A stretch of DNA of 57,008 nucleotides, counting the filler, from Trypethelium eluteriae (taxonomy: Eukaryota): assembly GCA_051942245.1 (NCBI GenBank). It is 4 parts of 4 records of this genome, joined end to end, with 100 filler letters (N's around TTAATTAATTAA, not from the genome) between each part and the next. Parts side by side here need not be neighbours in the genome. Positions count along the whole stretch, not along the records: positions 28,578 to 42,745 come from JAVECL010000701.1; positions 42,846 to 57,008 come from JAVECL010000702.1; 2 more parts are not named here. One strand, given 5' to 3'. Below the pieces are notes generated by a model, which had not been told where the DNA came from, searched no databases, and was given only the letters and a program-made list of their open reading frames with translations. Position numbers and translations under genes: made by a program. Positions 36,734 through 47,263 of the stretch are shown here, in pieces. Position 1 is the stretch's first letter. Every line of letters starts with the position of its first letter.

Positions 36734-38871
36734 ATGAGCTCCCGAAAGCAGGATTTTGAGCTCCGGGAGCGTTTGAAAGCGGACCAGGCAACTCAAAAGG
36801 AACCAAAGGTTGCAAGCCAAGATGACCAGACGTTGCTACGCCTTGGGAAGAAACCCATTTTGAAGGTCAATACAATGATCTGCCGCCTGGGAGCCACCAA
36901 TTGCTGAATTGCGCAGCGCACCTTCGGCTTCATGTCCATCCTCGGCTTCTCTTGTACGGTCTTGATCACTTGGGAGGGAATCTTAATGTACGAAACCTTC
37001 GTCTAAGTCTCGCATACTCCACTAGCGCGCTAACAATGGACAGAGTTTCAACACAAGGCCTGCTGAAGTACGACCCCTAATCCGTCTTCTTACAAGCTTC
37101 AGAAGCTCATGATTATTCTCCGGGACAGCGGAGGCCCTGCTGGTGTCGTCTGGGGCTTCCTGATTGATTGGCTTGGTATGATGTCCACGTTTACGGTTGT
37201 TGCGGAGCTTGCGTCAATGTAGGTACGATGGTCGTCAGCAAAAGATTACTCTGAACAAAAGCAGGGCACCAGTCGCAGCGGGACAATACCAGTAAGCATT
37301 CGAACCTGGAGAAGCCGAGTTTCACGATACTGATCTCGGGCAGTTGGACGGCTATGTTGGCTCCAGCCGGGTCAAGAAGCTTCGTATCCTACGTCACAGG
37401 TCTGTACTGAGGAAGACACTACTTCGTTCGACTTTGGCTGACTGCAGTAGCCTGGGCTACAATCGCTGGTTGGCAGGCCGAAACAGCGTCTGCAGCGTAC
37501 CTCATAGGTAGCCTAATACAAGGAATTGTCGTTCTAACCCATCCTACGTACACCCCGCAACCCTACCAGACAATGCTTTTCCTATGGGCCGTGCTTCTTT
37601 TTGCACTTTTCTTCAACTCGATCACAAGTCGGGCGTTGGCGCGATTCGAAGGCGCCTTTCTGGTGCTTCATCTGGTTGGTTTCTTTGCTGTGCTGATCCC
37701 ACTGGTGCTGTTGGGACCTCATGGCGATGCATCATCGGTTTTTCTAACGTTTCTGAACGGCGGAAACTGGTCCACACAAGCTTTGTCGTTCTTCGTTGGC
37801 CTGCCCTCCTCCGTATTTGCGCTCTTCGGTATTTATAATCATACCGGTCTTCGAAAATTGTGCTGACGAGTATGCAGGTGCCGATAGCGCAGTCCACGTA
37901 AGATTAGCAAAAACTGCAAGTTCACACTCGCGCTAATGAGTCGCAGATGTCGGAGGAAATTCAAAACGCCTCTCGTGTTGTTCCGAAGGCATTGGTGCTC
38001 AGCATTGTCATCAACGGACTGCTCGGATTTGCAATGGTGCTCGCGATGCTTTTCTGCATTGGCGATTTGCAAACAGCACTGGCAGCTCAAGAGACCTTAT
38101 TCTATCCCTTCTTGGCAATATTCCAACAAGCAACGAGGTCGACTGCTGGTGCTACGATAATGGCTTCTATTGTCGTCATCATGGGTGTCGCAAGCACCAT
38201 TGGTGTCTTTGCCACGACGACTCGTATGTTGTGGTCTTTTGCGAGAGACCGAGGCGCACCTGGCTCCAAGTTTTTGACAAAGGCTAGTACATATGCTCAA
38301 TCGACTTTTGCGCAGAAAGCTAATATATGATATAGCTGACTACGCAGACCTCTCTTCCGGTGAACGCGGTCGGTATTACAACATTGATTTCCATGCTACT
38401 CTCGCTCATCATCCTTGGTTCATCGGTCGCCTTCAGTGATATTGTCCTGCTGAGTGTTGTTGGACTATACTCCTCGTATCTTCTAGTCTGTAGCTTGTTG
38501 CTATGGAGGCGACTTCAGGGAAGCATCAAGCCATACAACGAATCAGCAGTGTTCGTTGGTTCAGAAAATCTCCGTTGGGGTACGCTCTGCCACCTACCCT
38601 GCCAAACTTTGCAATGAACTCATAGGCAATAGGTCCTTGGCGCGTTCCAGAACCGTTCGGCACAGCAAACAATATATTCGCGTGCATCTACTTGGCGCTT
38701 GTCTTCTTCTGGAGCTTTTGGCCTCCGGCGGCTTCCGTCGCACCCGCATCAATGAATTATAGCGTGCTTTTGTTCGGTGCTGTCATGCTTTTCAGCCTGC
38801 TGTGGTATTTTTTTCGAGCTAGGGAGTACTTTAAGGGCCCTATTGTAGAAATAGACTTAGCTTCAATGTAA
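36734..38871 (+). CDS. Amino-acid/GABA/choline permease (APC superfamily), many introns
   Basis: LGKKPILKRTFGFMSILGFS..VL.TWEG, GGPAG.VWG, ELASMAP.A.GQY.W, HMSEEI.NA...VP, RMLWSFARDRG.P, GPWR.P, MNYS. Confidence 0.93.
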
Positions 38872-40337
38872 GAATTTGAAGTCATGCTAAGGCTCTTGGC
38901 GCAACATGAATTGCTAGATAGCAATTCGCAGCAGATGGTGCCAGGGAAAGTGGCCGTGCTCTAACAGCGAACCCTGCTGCCTCTATCAGGCACCATGATC
39001 GGGCCACCATATTCCACGTACCATAGACCTTGCAGGTGATTTTAGGCTGCTTGTAAGCGCTATACCTCGGAAAAGTAAGCAATTTACTATAGCTCAAGAT
39101 GCGACGTCACTTCAATTTGGCGTCTGTAGAACGGTCGAGTAGTGCTAGCTAATGATTGAGAGCCCAATTGCGCAATGACAAACTAAGAACAGCCAATAGC
39201 ATAGAGTTTCAGACTTGAAAGAATAGGCGACTCTCCCAGCCTAATGCTGTATCCGTAGGATGTAATCTCTGACTTGTTCTTCAGAAAATTGAATTACACC
39301 TTCTGTAACTTATCTAGGACACACAAGCTCCAGGCCATACCTAGATCGAGAGGGCCATCACCACCGAATGTCATATCTACCATGAGGGAGGTGCAAAGTA
39401 GGAAATTCTCCCGAGCCCGAGACCTTGAAGCTAAGCCGTCAAGCGGCAGTAGACTCGGAGCAGACAGACTGAAATGACAGTAAAGAGAAGAGAGCGAGCG
39501 ATTCGGTAGGTTCTTTTACGGGGGCGATGTACCGTACTGCACTATAGGCACCCTTGAGTGGCTTGGAGAATTGAGGACGATGGGCTAAGAGAAGCCTCGC
39601 ACTATCTCAGCCCAAGCCAGGGATAGTAATCAGTCACTGATTATCCAAGCTACAGTAGTGATGATTATCTGATGGCCATTCATCGCTTGCGGCACAGTTG
39701 CGCAGCAAAGCATCCGCTTTCATCGTCTATCGTACAACGCCTGTGGTGAAAAGTGGCGTAAGCTGATCTGGATATGAGCTCTCCGACATGGGTCTGAGTC
39801 CTTTCAAATCATTTGATCTAGAGAGATCGATGCCATAGGGATAGAATCAACCGATTTGGATGGAGCGTTTGTCACCGCTGTGATAGACTGTAGGTGATTG
39901 TCTTAGCTCGTCTTCATGTCGATCCCCGGCCCGATCCATTTAGCCCTGCCGTGCCTGCCTGCGGGAAAGCAAGGGTGAACCCACCTTATTAGCCGAGAGT
40001 AGATGCACTCCACCATGCGCACTGACCGTCTTCATTCGACTGCTGGATCCAGCACACAGCCCGACGACTCAAAGCAGCATCGCCTATACTTAGCGGGTCT
40101 CCCCTTGTTACATGTATCCATGATGTTCCGTGGGTGCTGTGCAGCATGCCGCATGCATGAAACCATAAGACGCGACCGGGAGTTGAGAATGCGGAGACAA
40201 TCTTGGCGATTTGCTTGCTCGCATATAATCTCGGCCTGGTCCGTTGAAGCCTCCGGAAAGACTTGCCAGTGCAAGCTCAATATGGAGCAGTGTCTGCAAG
40301 TCCTCGCTCGATAAGGTTTCGCTTCGCCGGCGTCAAC

Positions 40338-41864
40338 ATGAGTCCAATCACGGAGGCTCTCGCGAGAGTCGAAAAGGCCGCTAGAGCCATGGAGTCGGGC
40401 GACCAGGGCGCCCGCACGCAATTGCAAAAGGAGATCTATAGATTGCAAGTCGCGGCAGAAGAGCCGATCGAGACGTGCGAGCGATTGAGATTTGCGGTAC
40501 AATTTCCCCTATTAATCTCCTTTGCGTGTACTATGACGCATGTAATTGAACAATGGGCTGCTTTTCTGTGGCACATGAGGCTGACCCATGTGTTGTGAAC
40601 ATAGCCATTGCAACTTACCTGCGTCCGCGTAATTCTGGAAAATGGAGTGTTAGATGCCATCTGCGCGAAGAAAGGTGCACCCGTCACTGCTGCTGAGCTT
40701 GCTAAGGAGACCGGGGCCGATGAGCTTTTAATTCGTATGTCTTTGAGCTCGTTGCCTAATTATTGTCAATGGAAGATCTGAGCTTTTAATTCCTCTTGTG
40801 GCCGCAGAACGTTGCATGCAGCTACTGAACCCAGTCGGCGTCTGCGATGAAGTTGGAGAGGGGACTTATTCTGCCAACGCGGTTGCATTCGAGTATGCCT
40901 CTCAGGGCGGCCGAGGGGGTATCAAACACAAGTTAGTCTTCGTCATGCCTTCCTCTCAAAGCCCGACAGGACATCCCCTCTTAAACTGAGAATGGAAGAG
41001 ACGCTGATCGGTTCTCTTCTAGTGGCAACGTGACATTATCGATAGCCAACCAAATTGTTCCGTATATGCGTTCGGTAGGCGGCACCTTATACCAATTCCC
41101 CCAGGACGGCAAGAAAACTCCTGCAGTGTATGCTCTCGGCAAGAATGTATGGGAATACATCATGAGTGTGCCCGAACAGAAGGAGGCCTTTGACATGCTA
41201 ATGACCAGACGTCGCCTTGATGGAGCCACCCAGTGGTATAACATCTTCCCGGCCAGCGAAAAACTGCCAGGGGTAGAAGGAGGGCTCAGAGATGACGATC
41301 ACGCCCCTCTGGTGATAGATATGGGAGGGGGGTCCGGTCATGATATTGCTTCGTTCCGAGCGGCCTTCCCTTCAATGACAGGCAAATGCATTCTGCAAGA
41401 CCTGCCAGCCACGATTGACCGACTGGCTAATTCGCCCCCGAAGAATGTTGAGCCGATGGCTCATGACTTTTTCACGCCTCAGACAGTGAAAGGCGAGTGT
41501 ATTGAGTGATCCTTTGATGGAGACACTAATGTTCTGTGTAGGAGCGCGTGCATATTTCCTCCGCAACGTGATGCACAACTGGTCAGATGTGAACTGTCAG
41601 AAAATTCTTTCTCACATACGAGACGCCATGGATCCACGATATTCGAGTCTCATTATTGAAGATATGGTTCTCGCATCGGCGGGAACAAGCGTTCGACAGG
41701 CGTCCATGGACATTCTCATGATGATCGAATGCGCCGGTATTGAGAGAACCGAGAGACATTGGCGAGAGCTGCTGGATAGTGTTGGTCTTGAGATAGTGGG
41801 AATCTGGCAACCCCTCAGTGCGAATTATGAATCGGTCATCGAAGCTCGGGTCAAACGTGCTTGA
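40338..41864 (+). CDS. O-methyltransferase (Methyltransf_2 family), 5 exons
   Basis: ELAKETGADELLI.R winged helix, VIDMGGGSGH, LQDLP, HDFFTPQTVKGARAYFLRNVMHNWSD, ERTERHW. Confidence 0.93.
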
Positions 41865-42160
41865 ACGAGAGTGTAAGCTACGCATTCCGCCATGTGTTGT
41901 CTATATAAGCCATTTCGCTCCACAGCACAGGAAGATCGGCGTTGTTATATGAGAGTACTGAGTTTTTCACATGTGTGGAGGCGTGCCAGGACCGATATAC
42001 ATATGGAGTGTTGGGCGGTCTGAATCTACGATTCGAACAGGGTGACCTTTGTTTTCAGCTTTGGTGAATTTGGGACGAAAGAGCTCTGGATTCCTGCTTA
42101 CTAGCCGAAGTGTTCTTTTCCCTGGTAGACCCATTTTAATACGCAAGGACCTTTTCTATA

Positions 42161-42745
42161 AGTCAAACCACCTAGATCCGGCGCAACCTAGTAGTGGCGC
42201 ACCCCCCGCATCCAACTCAATTAATTCATCCACCAAATCAACTATCTCAACGCGCGTGAATATGTACGACCGTGAAGCTGCTATGGCAGCTGCTTCTGCA
42301 GATCTTGATGCAGGTGTTTTTTTATCTATTAATTCAGCTGCTGACGCGTACGGCGTCCCGCGAACTACACTCAGAAGACGACTCCACGGATACCAAATAC
42401 GCCAGAAAAGTCATCAACATGAACAGCGATTGTCTCCAAATTAAGAGGACTTCCTGCGAGATTGGATCCTTGAAGAAGATACGCGCGGATATCCTCCCTC
42501 TCACGCTCGTTGTCGTGAAATGGCCTCTCGAATCCTTCGAATGAATGGTGATGAAAAACCTTTAGGCAAGAATTGGGTCACAGCCTACCTAACACAACAC
42601 TCTAATATTGCTACACGCGTAGGTCGCAAGCTAGAAGCTAGGAGGACTGAATATGCTACAAAAGAGGAGGTTATCGCGTTTTTGACGCGTTATGAAGATG
42701 TAAAGCTGCGCTACAATATCCAACTTAAAGATATTTACAATATGG
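42161..42745 (+). mobile_element. Fot1/pogo-like DNA transposon 5' end with an inactivated transposase (truncated by the contig end)
   Basis: TA followed by AGTCAAACCACC (Fot1-like TIR start, tentative). ORF from 42262: HTH-psq (AADAYGVPRTTL), CENP-B HTH (LSP.*E..L..WI...GYPP...MA..I...LGKNWV), IYNM(DE). TAA at 42442-42444, probably CAA>TAA (RIP-type). Confidence 0.88.
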
Positions 42746-42845
42746 NNNNNNNNNNNNNNNNNNNNNNNNNNNNNNNNNNNNNNNNNNNNTTAATTAATTA
42801 ANNNNNNNNNNNNNNNNNNNNNNNNNNNNNNNNNNNNNNNNNNNN
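42746..42845. other. Artificial contig-joining linker
   Basis: N44-TTAATTAATTAA-N44. Confidence 0.98.
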
Positions 42846-42893
42846 CCCATCAACCCAGAACCCCCACTAACCCTCTCTCTTCTCCCCCCTTAG

Positions 42894-43605
42894 CGACTTC
42901 AACTACGAACGCCAAACCGACGGCTCCTGCCTCCTCGTCCCCGGCTACCAACCCCCCGACGCCTCCGAAATCTGCACCGCCGACCAAAACGCCCGCGAAT
43001 ACTGGGAGCCCACCGGCTACCGCAAAGTGCCCCTCTCCACCTGCTCCGGCGGCCGCGAACTCGACCACTCCGTCTCCCACCCCTGCCCCGGTCACGAGCC
43101 AGACTGGCAGGACGCGCACGGCTCCCGCCTCGGCGGCTTCGCTATCTTCGTCATCGTCGTCGTCGCGCTTGCCGCTGCGGCGGGCGTTGGCTGGTGGGTC
43201 TGGACCCGATGGGATGGTAAGTTTGGGCGTATTCGCCTTGGCGATGGAGGTGGTCGTGGTGGTCTTGCGAGCTCGGCGGCTGCGGGTGCTGGTGGTTCCG
43301 GGGCGAGAGGAGACAGTGGACAGAGTGCGTGGGTTCGGTGGCCGGTGGCTGCGGTGTCGGGGGTTGTGGCTGTGGTGGGCGCGATTCCCGTGGTGGCGGC
43401 TTCGGCGGGTCGTGGGGTTATGGGATTGTTTGGGAGGGGTGGCAGTCATGGGGCGTATAGTGGGCTGCGGGAAGCGAATGGGTATGCGGGCCGGACGTAT
43501 ACGAGTCGGCAGAGTTTTGCGAGGGGGGGGCAGGATTATGCGGCGGTGGATGTTGGGGCGGATGAGGGAGAGTTGCTTGGTGAGGTAAGTGATGAGGAGG
43601 TTTGA
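42894..43605 (+). CDS. VPS10: Vacuolar sorting receptor Vps10/sortilin, last exon
   Basis: After a CTAAC branch site and TAG acceptor: CDFNYER..DGSC.LVPG, YWEPTGYRKVPLSTC.GG (10CC-like module), TM helix, KFGRIRLG, acidic tail DEGELLGEVSDEEV. Confidence 0.9.
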
Positions 43606-43828
43606 AATTACGGAGGTGAGAAAAATCCTTGATGTCAATCCTAGGAACAGGCCGTTTCCTCTGGAGTTTGATTAAGCGCTGGTTTTCGATTTGGCTAGCG
43701 ACATCCTGCTGTACACTCGTTATTGTCTTCCTTGTAAACCTAGGTTCTTGGTGTGTGCAATAGAGCATGTGAATTCCTATGTTAGTCGACTCCGAGGCAC
43801 TCAGTTCAGCATCTTCATGCGAAAGTCG

Positions 43829-43884
43829 ATTGATTGATTGATTGATTCCTACACCCTTTTAGGTCGCACTGGCCTATGTGGGGA
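43829..43884 (-). mobile_element. 56-bp 5'-truncated LINE 3'-end insertion with a 15-bp target-site duplication
   Basis: TTCATGCGAAAGTCG occurs at 43814-43828 and 43885-43899. The reverse complement of the insert, TCCCCACATAGGCC...GGGTGTAGGA(ATCA)n, resembles the LINE end at 4655-4719. Confidence 0.88.
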
Positions 43885-45784
43885 TTCATGCGAAAGTCGC
43901 AATTCTCTCGACAACCAATTAGGTTAGCTATCCTTCGAGCTTCCTTAGGTAGGTAAGGTAAGTTTTTCCATGGCTGACTCAATTTTTACTCATGCGCCTT
44001 CGTGCAAGACTGGCATATGCCATCTCAATTTCAAGCAGATCCCTTTGCTGCCCCTATCATTCTCATTCGATCTTTACAGTGTCGTAACAACCTCCATCAC
44101 AAAGGCACCTTCCGCTCTACTCTAGATAGGTAGGGTCAACACCAAGAGAGCTGATCTCGAAAAGAAGTCTTAGTGTTCCTAAATTTGGGATATTGAAATT
44201 AGAATCGGCACCTTTGAAATTCGCACCGCACGAGACCAGTTGTGTTGGCTCTCACTAAAATTTGGCCGTGCCCACTGGATGCTGAATGGATGCATCTCAA
44301 ACAATATATGTCGATTCGGTGCACGGCACATCAAGGTCAAACAATGTAAGATACTTGAAGCATATGCTGATCGCTGAACTGGTCTACAGACCTTTATGCA
44401 TAGTAATGTATATGCTCGCCGGTGCGTCAAACTGCCAACGGGCGAATCCCCAATATTTGCATGAGCCTCAGTATCCAGTAGAAAGTAGACAACGTCCTGA
44501 TTTCAGTGAACTCAGAACGGAAAAGTGAGAGCTAAACCTCTTATCAGCGGCCCGCAGAGTCTGACAAGTTATCTACATCAAGCTAGCTGCTCTATGTTGG
44601 GTCGCCGACCTTCTGTTGCTCTTTTTTCCCATCTAAGCTTTACTTATTGCGAGTTTAGTTTGAATCCAAAACCAAGAGATAAGTGTTCTTAAATCTTCAT
44701 ATCATCGTAGGTCCTACAAAATGATTGTGTATGTTATCATGAAAAATTGACTACTTTGAGGTATACGCCCTCGCTTGATATTGATTTTAGACACTGGCTC
44801 GACTATGTCCACTTTAAAATTTGATACCTTGGTAGGAAGAGTGACATGTTCGGGCAAAAATAGATTGACTGCTTTAGATATCTACTATACAGCTCTACTT
44901 CAACCTCTGCCACAACCTTTAAGGAGGTTTCTGGGCAGCTCACTAGGTGGGTCCTCTACGCAGCTCCTGGACAGGTTCCTCGGCAGATACTCCGGGCATG
45001 GATTAGATATCCGTCTATGCAGAGATCTGGATAAGCTTCTATCTCATCTAGCCTGCAAGAATAAATTTAGAGAGATAGATTCGTAGGGTGATTCGCAGAT
45101 GTAGATTCATATTTAGAGTTGAAGTGTAGGGCAAACTCAAAAGATAGATATATCAGTACAGAGTTTTGACTTGAGTGGATAAGAATGGACACTCGAAAAT
45201 CGACCTCGACCTCGTTTTGATTTGATATTAAAGTTCAAAACTCGAAAATTCGATGCTTGCGAGAGAGGATGAGCCTCTCTAATACACACTTTCAATTTAA
45301 AGCACACCTGGAACAGGTGGACCTCGAATCATGGAACGCAGACTTTGATCGAGAGATCTGTATGAACGTTTGCAAAGAGCATACCTGCAGGTTGTGTAGA
45401 GTGCAATTTGCTGATGATGAATGAGCGATGAAATTTTCCAGATTTAGCTAGAGGTAATATGGAAGCGAAGGCCTTTACTCTATATGGTAGGTACCTACTG
45501 ATCACGGACAGTACTTGTAATCACGTGGTAGCATTGCTTTTTCACGCACAACATCAATTTAGGTAGGTAAGGTATGCAATCGAATTAAGGAATTGCCATA
45601 GAATTAGTTACGAACAAAACGCGATTAGAAAGCGTGATCCCAAAAACTTGCAGGCATGCTCCTTGCAACATCCGGCTCTTGTCACCTGGAAGTGGAACCC
45701 TAAGAGCTAGCCAGCTAGCTCACCGAATCCTCTTATCTCCAACTAAAGGAAGCTAGAACTCATCCACCAGCCAGATGTTTCATA

Positions 45785-47263
45785 TCATACCCCTTCCTTG
45801 AAGCTACTGCCTCCAGAGTTCATATCGATCTCTGCCAAGTCGTCTAGACCGCAAACTTCGAAAATCTTTCGCGGTGTAATCTCTCCCTTAGTGCCGATGA
45901 TACCTTCGTCCTTCAGCTTTTGGAATGTGGCCCGGATCGCCTGGTAGGCGGGAGCAATGCTGGCAAAGCTGAAGATCATGAGGCGAAAACCCATATCACG
46001 GGCCTCACTGACGGTGATGAGCGGACTTGCGCCGTTTTCGACCGAGTTCAGCAGCAGTGGCCAGCCTTGGAGATCCTTTACGCAACGACGGGCTTGTTCT
46101 TTGCTCGTAAAGCCCTCGAGAAGGCCGACATCACAACCAAGGTCCCGAGCGGTCTTCAAGCGGGCAATGCACTCGTCGTAACCAAGTTGTTGAAGGGCAT
46201 CTGTACGAGCGATGAGGACAATATCGGATCCCAAATTGGCTTTGGCTTGCAGAGCGGCTCGAATGCGAATATACCACTCCTCACGAGATGCAACCGCCTT
46301 GCCCTTGAGATGACCACAACGTTTTTCGAGAACTTGGTCTTCCAAATGAAAACCTGCCACGCCGGCACGGACGTACTCACACACAGCGCGATAGACCATC
46401 ATGGCACCCTACAAAGAAGATTAGGATGGTAGAGCAAAGTTTGGCCGGCGACTTACACCGTAGCCTGTATCCATGTCCGCAATTACGGGAGGGCCATGAG
46501 GCTTCAGGTTACAGATCATCTCAGCCTGCGCACGCATATCGTGAAGAGTGGCAAGGCCGAGATCAGCCATCCCAAGACGAGACGCCGATGTGCCCGCACC
46601 AGTCTGTTGTTCATGTCAGTTGTGAGGCCGATTATCAGGCTCAGGGTATCTTCGTACCATATAAAGACTATCAAAGCCGACTTCGATGGCAGTTCGTGCT
46701 GACAGTCCATCGTAGACACCCGGGCAGACGATCAGCTCATTGGTCTCTTTGATCATCTTCTGTAGTCTGGTGGAGGCCGGGATGTTTGTACATGGGGCCA
46801 TGTGAACGCGAAGACTAGGCGCCTGAACAGATGGAGCAACAATTGGTGGAGCGGCAGCCTCGATGATCGCGGGCGCTTCCAGGTCAATGATTGTTGGGAT
46901 GATCATCCCCTGAGGTACTTGGACCGCACCATTATCATCAACAGGGATATTCTTCTCTATAACAACAGAAGTCTCTGTCTCTGTGTTCGTAGGAGTCTCA
47001 GGTGCTACGGCTGTCGATACCCCCACGCCTTGAGCAACAGTGGTTCCGGCGTCGCTAAGTAAAGGAGAGGCCTGTACTCCGTTGGTAGGCGAGGCCTGTT
47101 CGGAATCCAATGGACTAGTTGACTCTACAACATTGACCAGAACAGGCTGGTATGCGTCAAGCTTCTTGCTTTCGTAACAAGTATCAGAAGTGATCTGCTC
47201 GCCACCCATAGTGGCAGCATTGTGCGGCGCATTGCCAGTGGTGTCGATAGCGATGGGAGCCAT
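45785..47263 (-). CDS. oahA: Oxaloacetate acetylhydrolase (ICL/PEP-mutase superfamily), 3 exons
   Basis: VCPGVYDGLSAR, TGAGTSASRLGMADLG, IADMDTGYG, EDQVLEKRCGH, ARTDALQQ.GYDEC, and MIFSFA with the Ser that marks OAH (Pro in 2,3-dimethylmalate lyase). Confidence 0.9.

Noticed and set aside
4996..41864. One large secondary-metabolite super-cluster (UbiA, P450, several methyltransferases, MFS, DUF3328)
   Set aside because: It spans artificial linkers between size-sorted contigs, so adjacency across them is not biological.
42850..43768. Long overlapping ORFs (262 aa and 116 aa on -, 139 aa on +)
   Set aside because: Shadows of the GC-rich VPS10 last exon; no independent motifs.
44870..45300. 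TA-enriched stretch with short repeated ACTCGAAAAT/GACCTC motifs, possible old TE end
   Set aside because: No terminal inverted-repeat partner, TSD or transposase remnant could be identified.
45785..47263. Alternative call as 2,3-dimethylmalate lyase or methylisocitrate lyase
   Set aside because: Ser in MIFSFA and the close motif match to OahA favour oxaloacetate acetylhydrolase.
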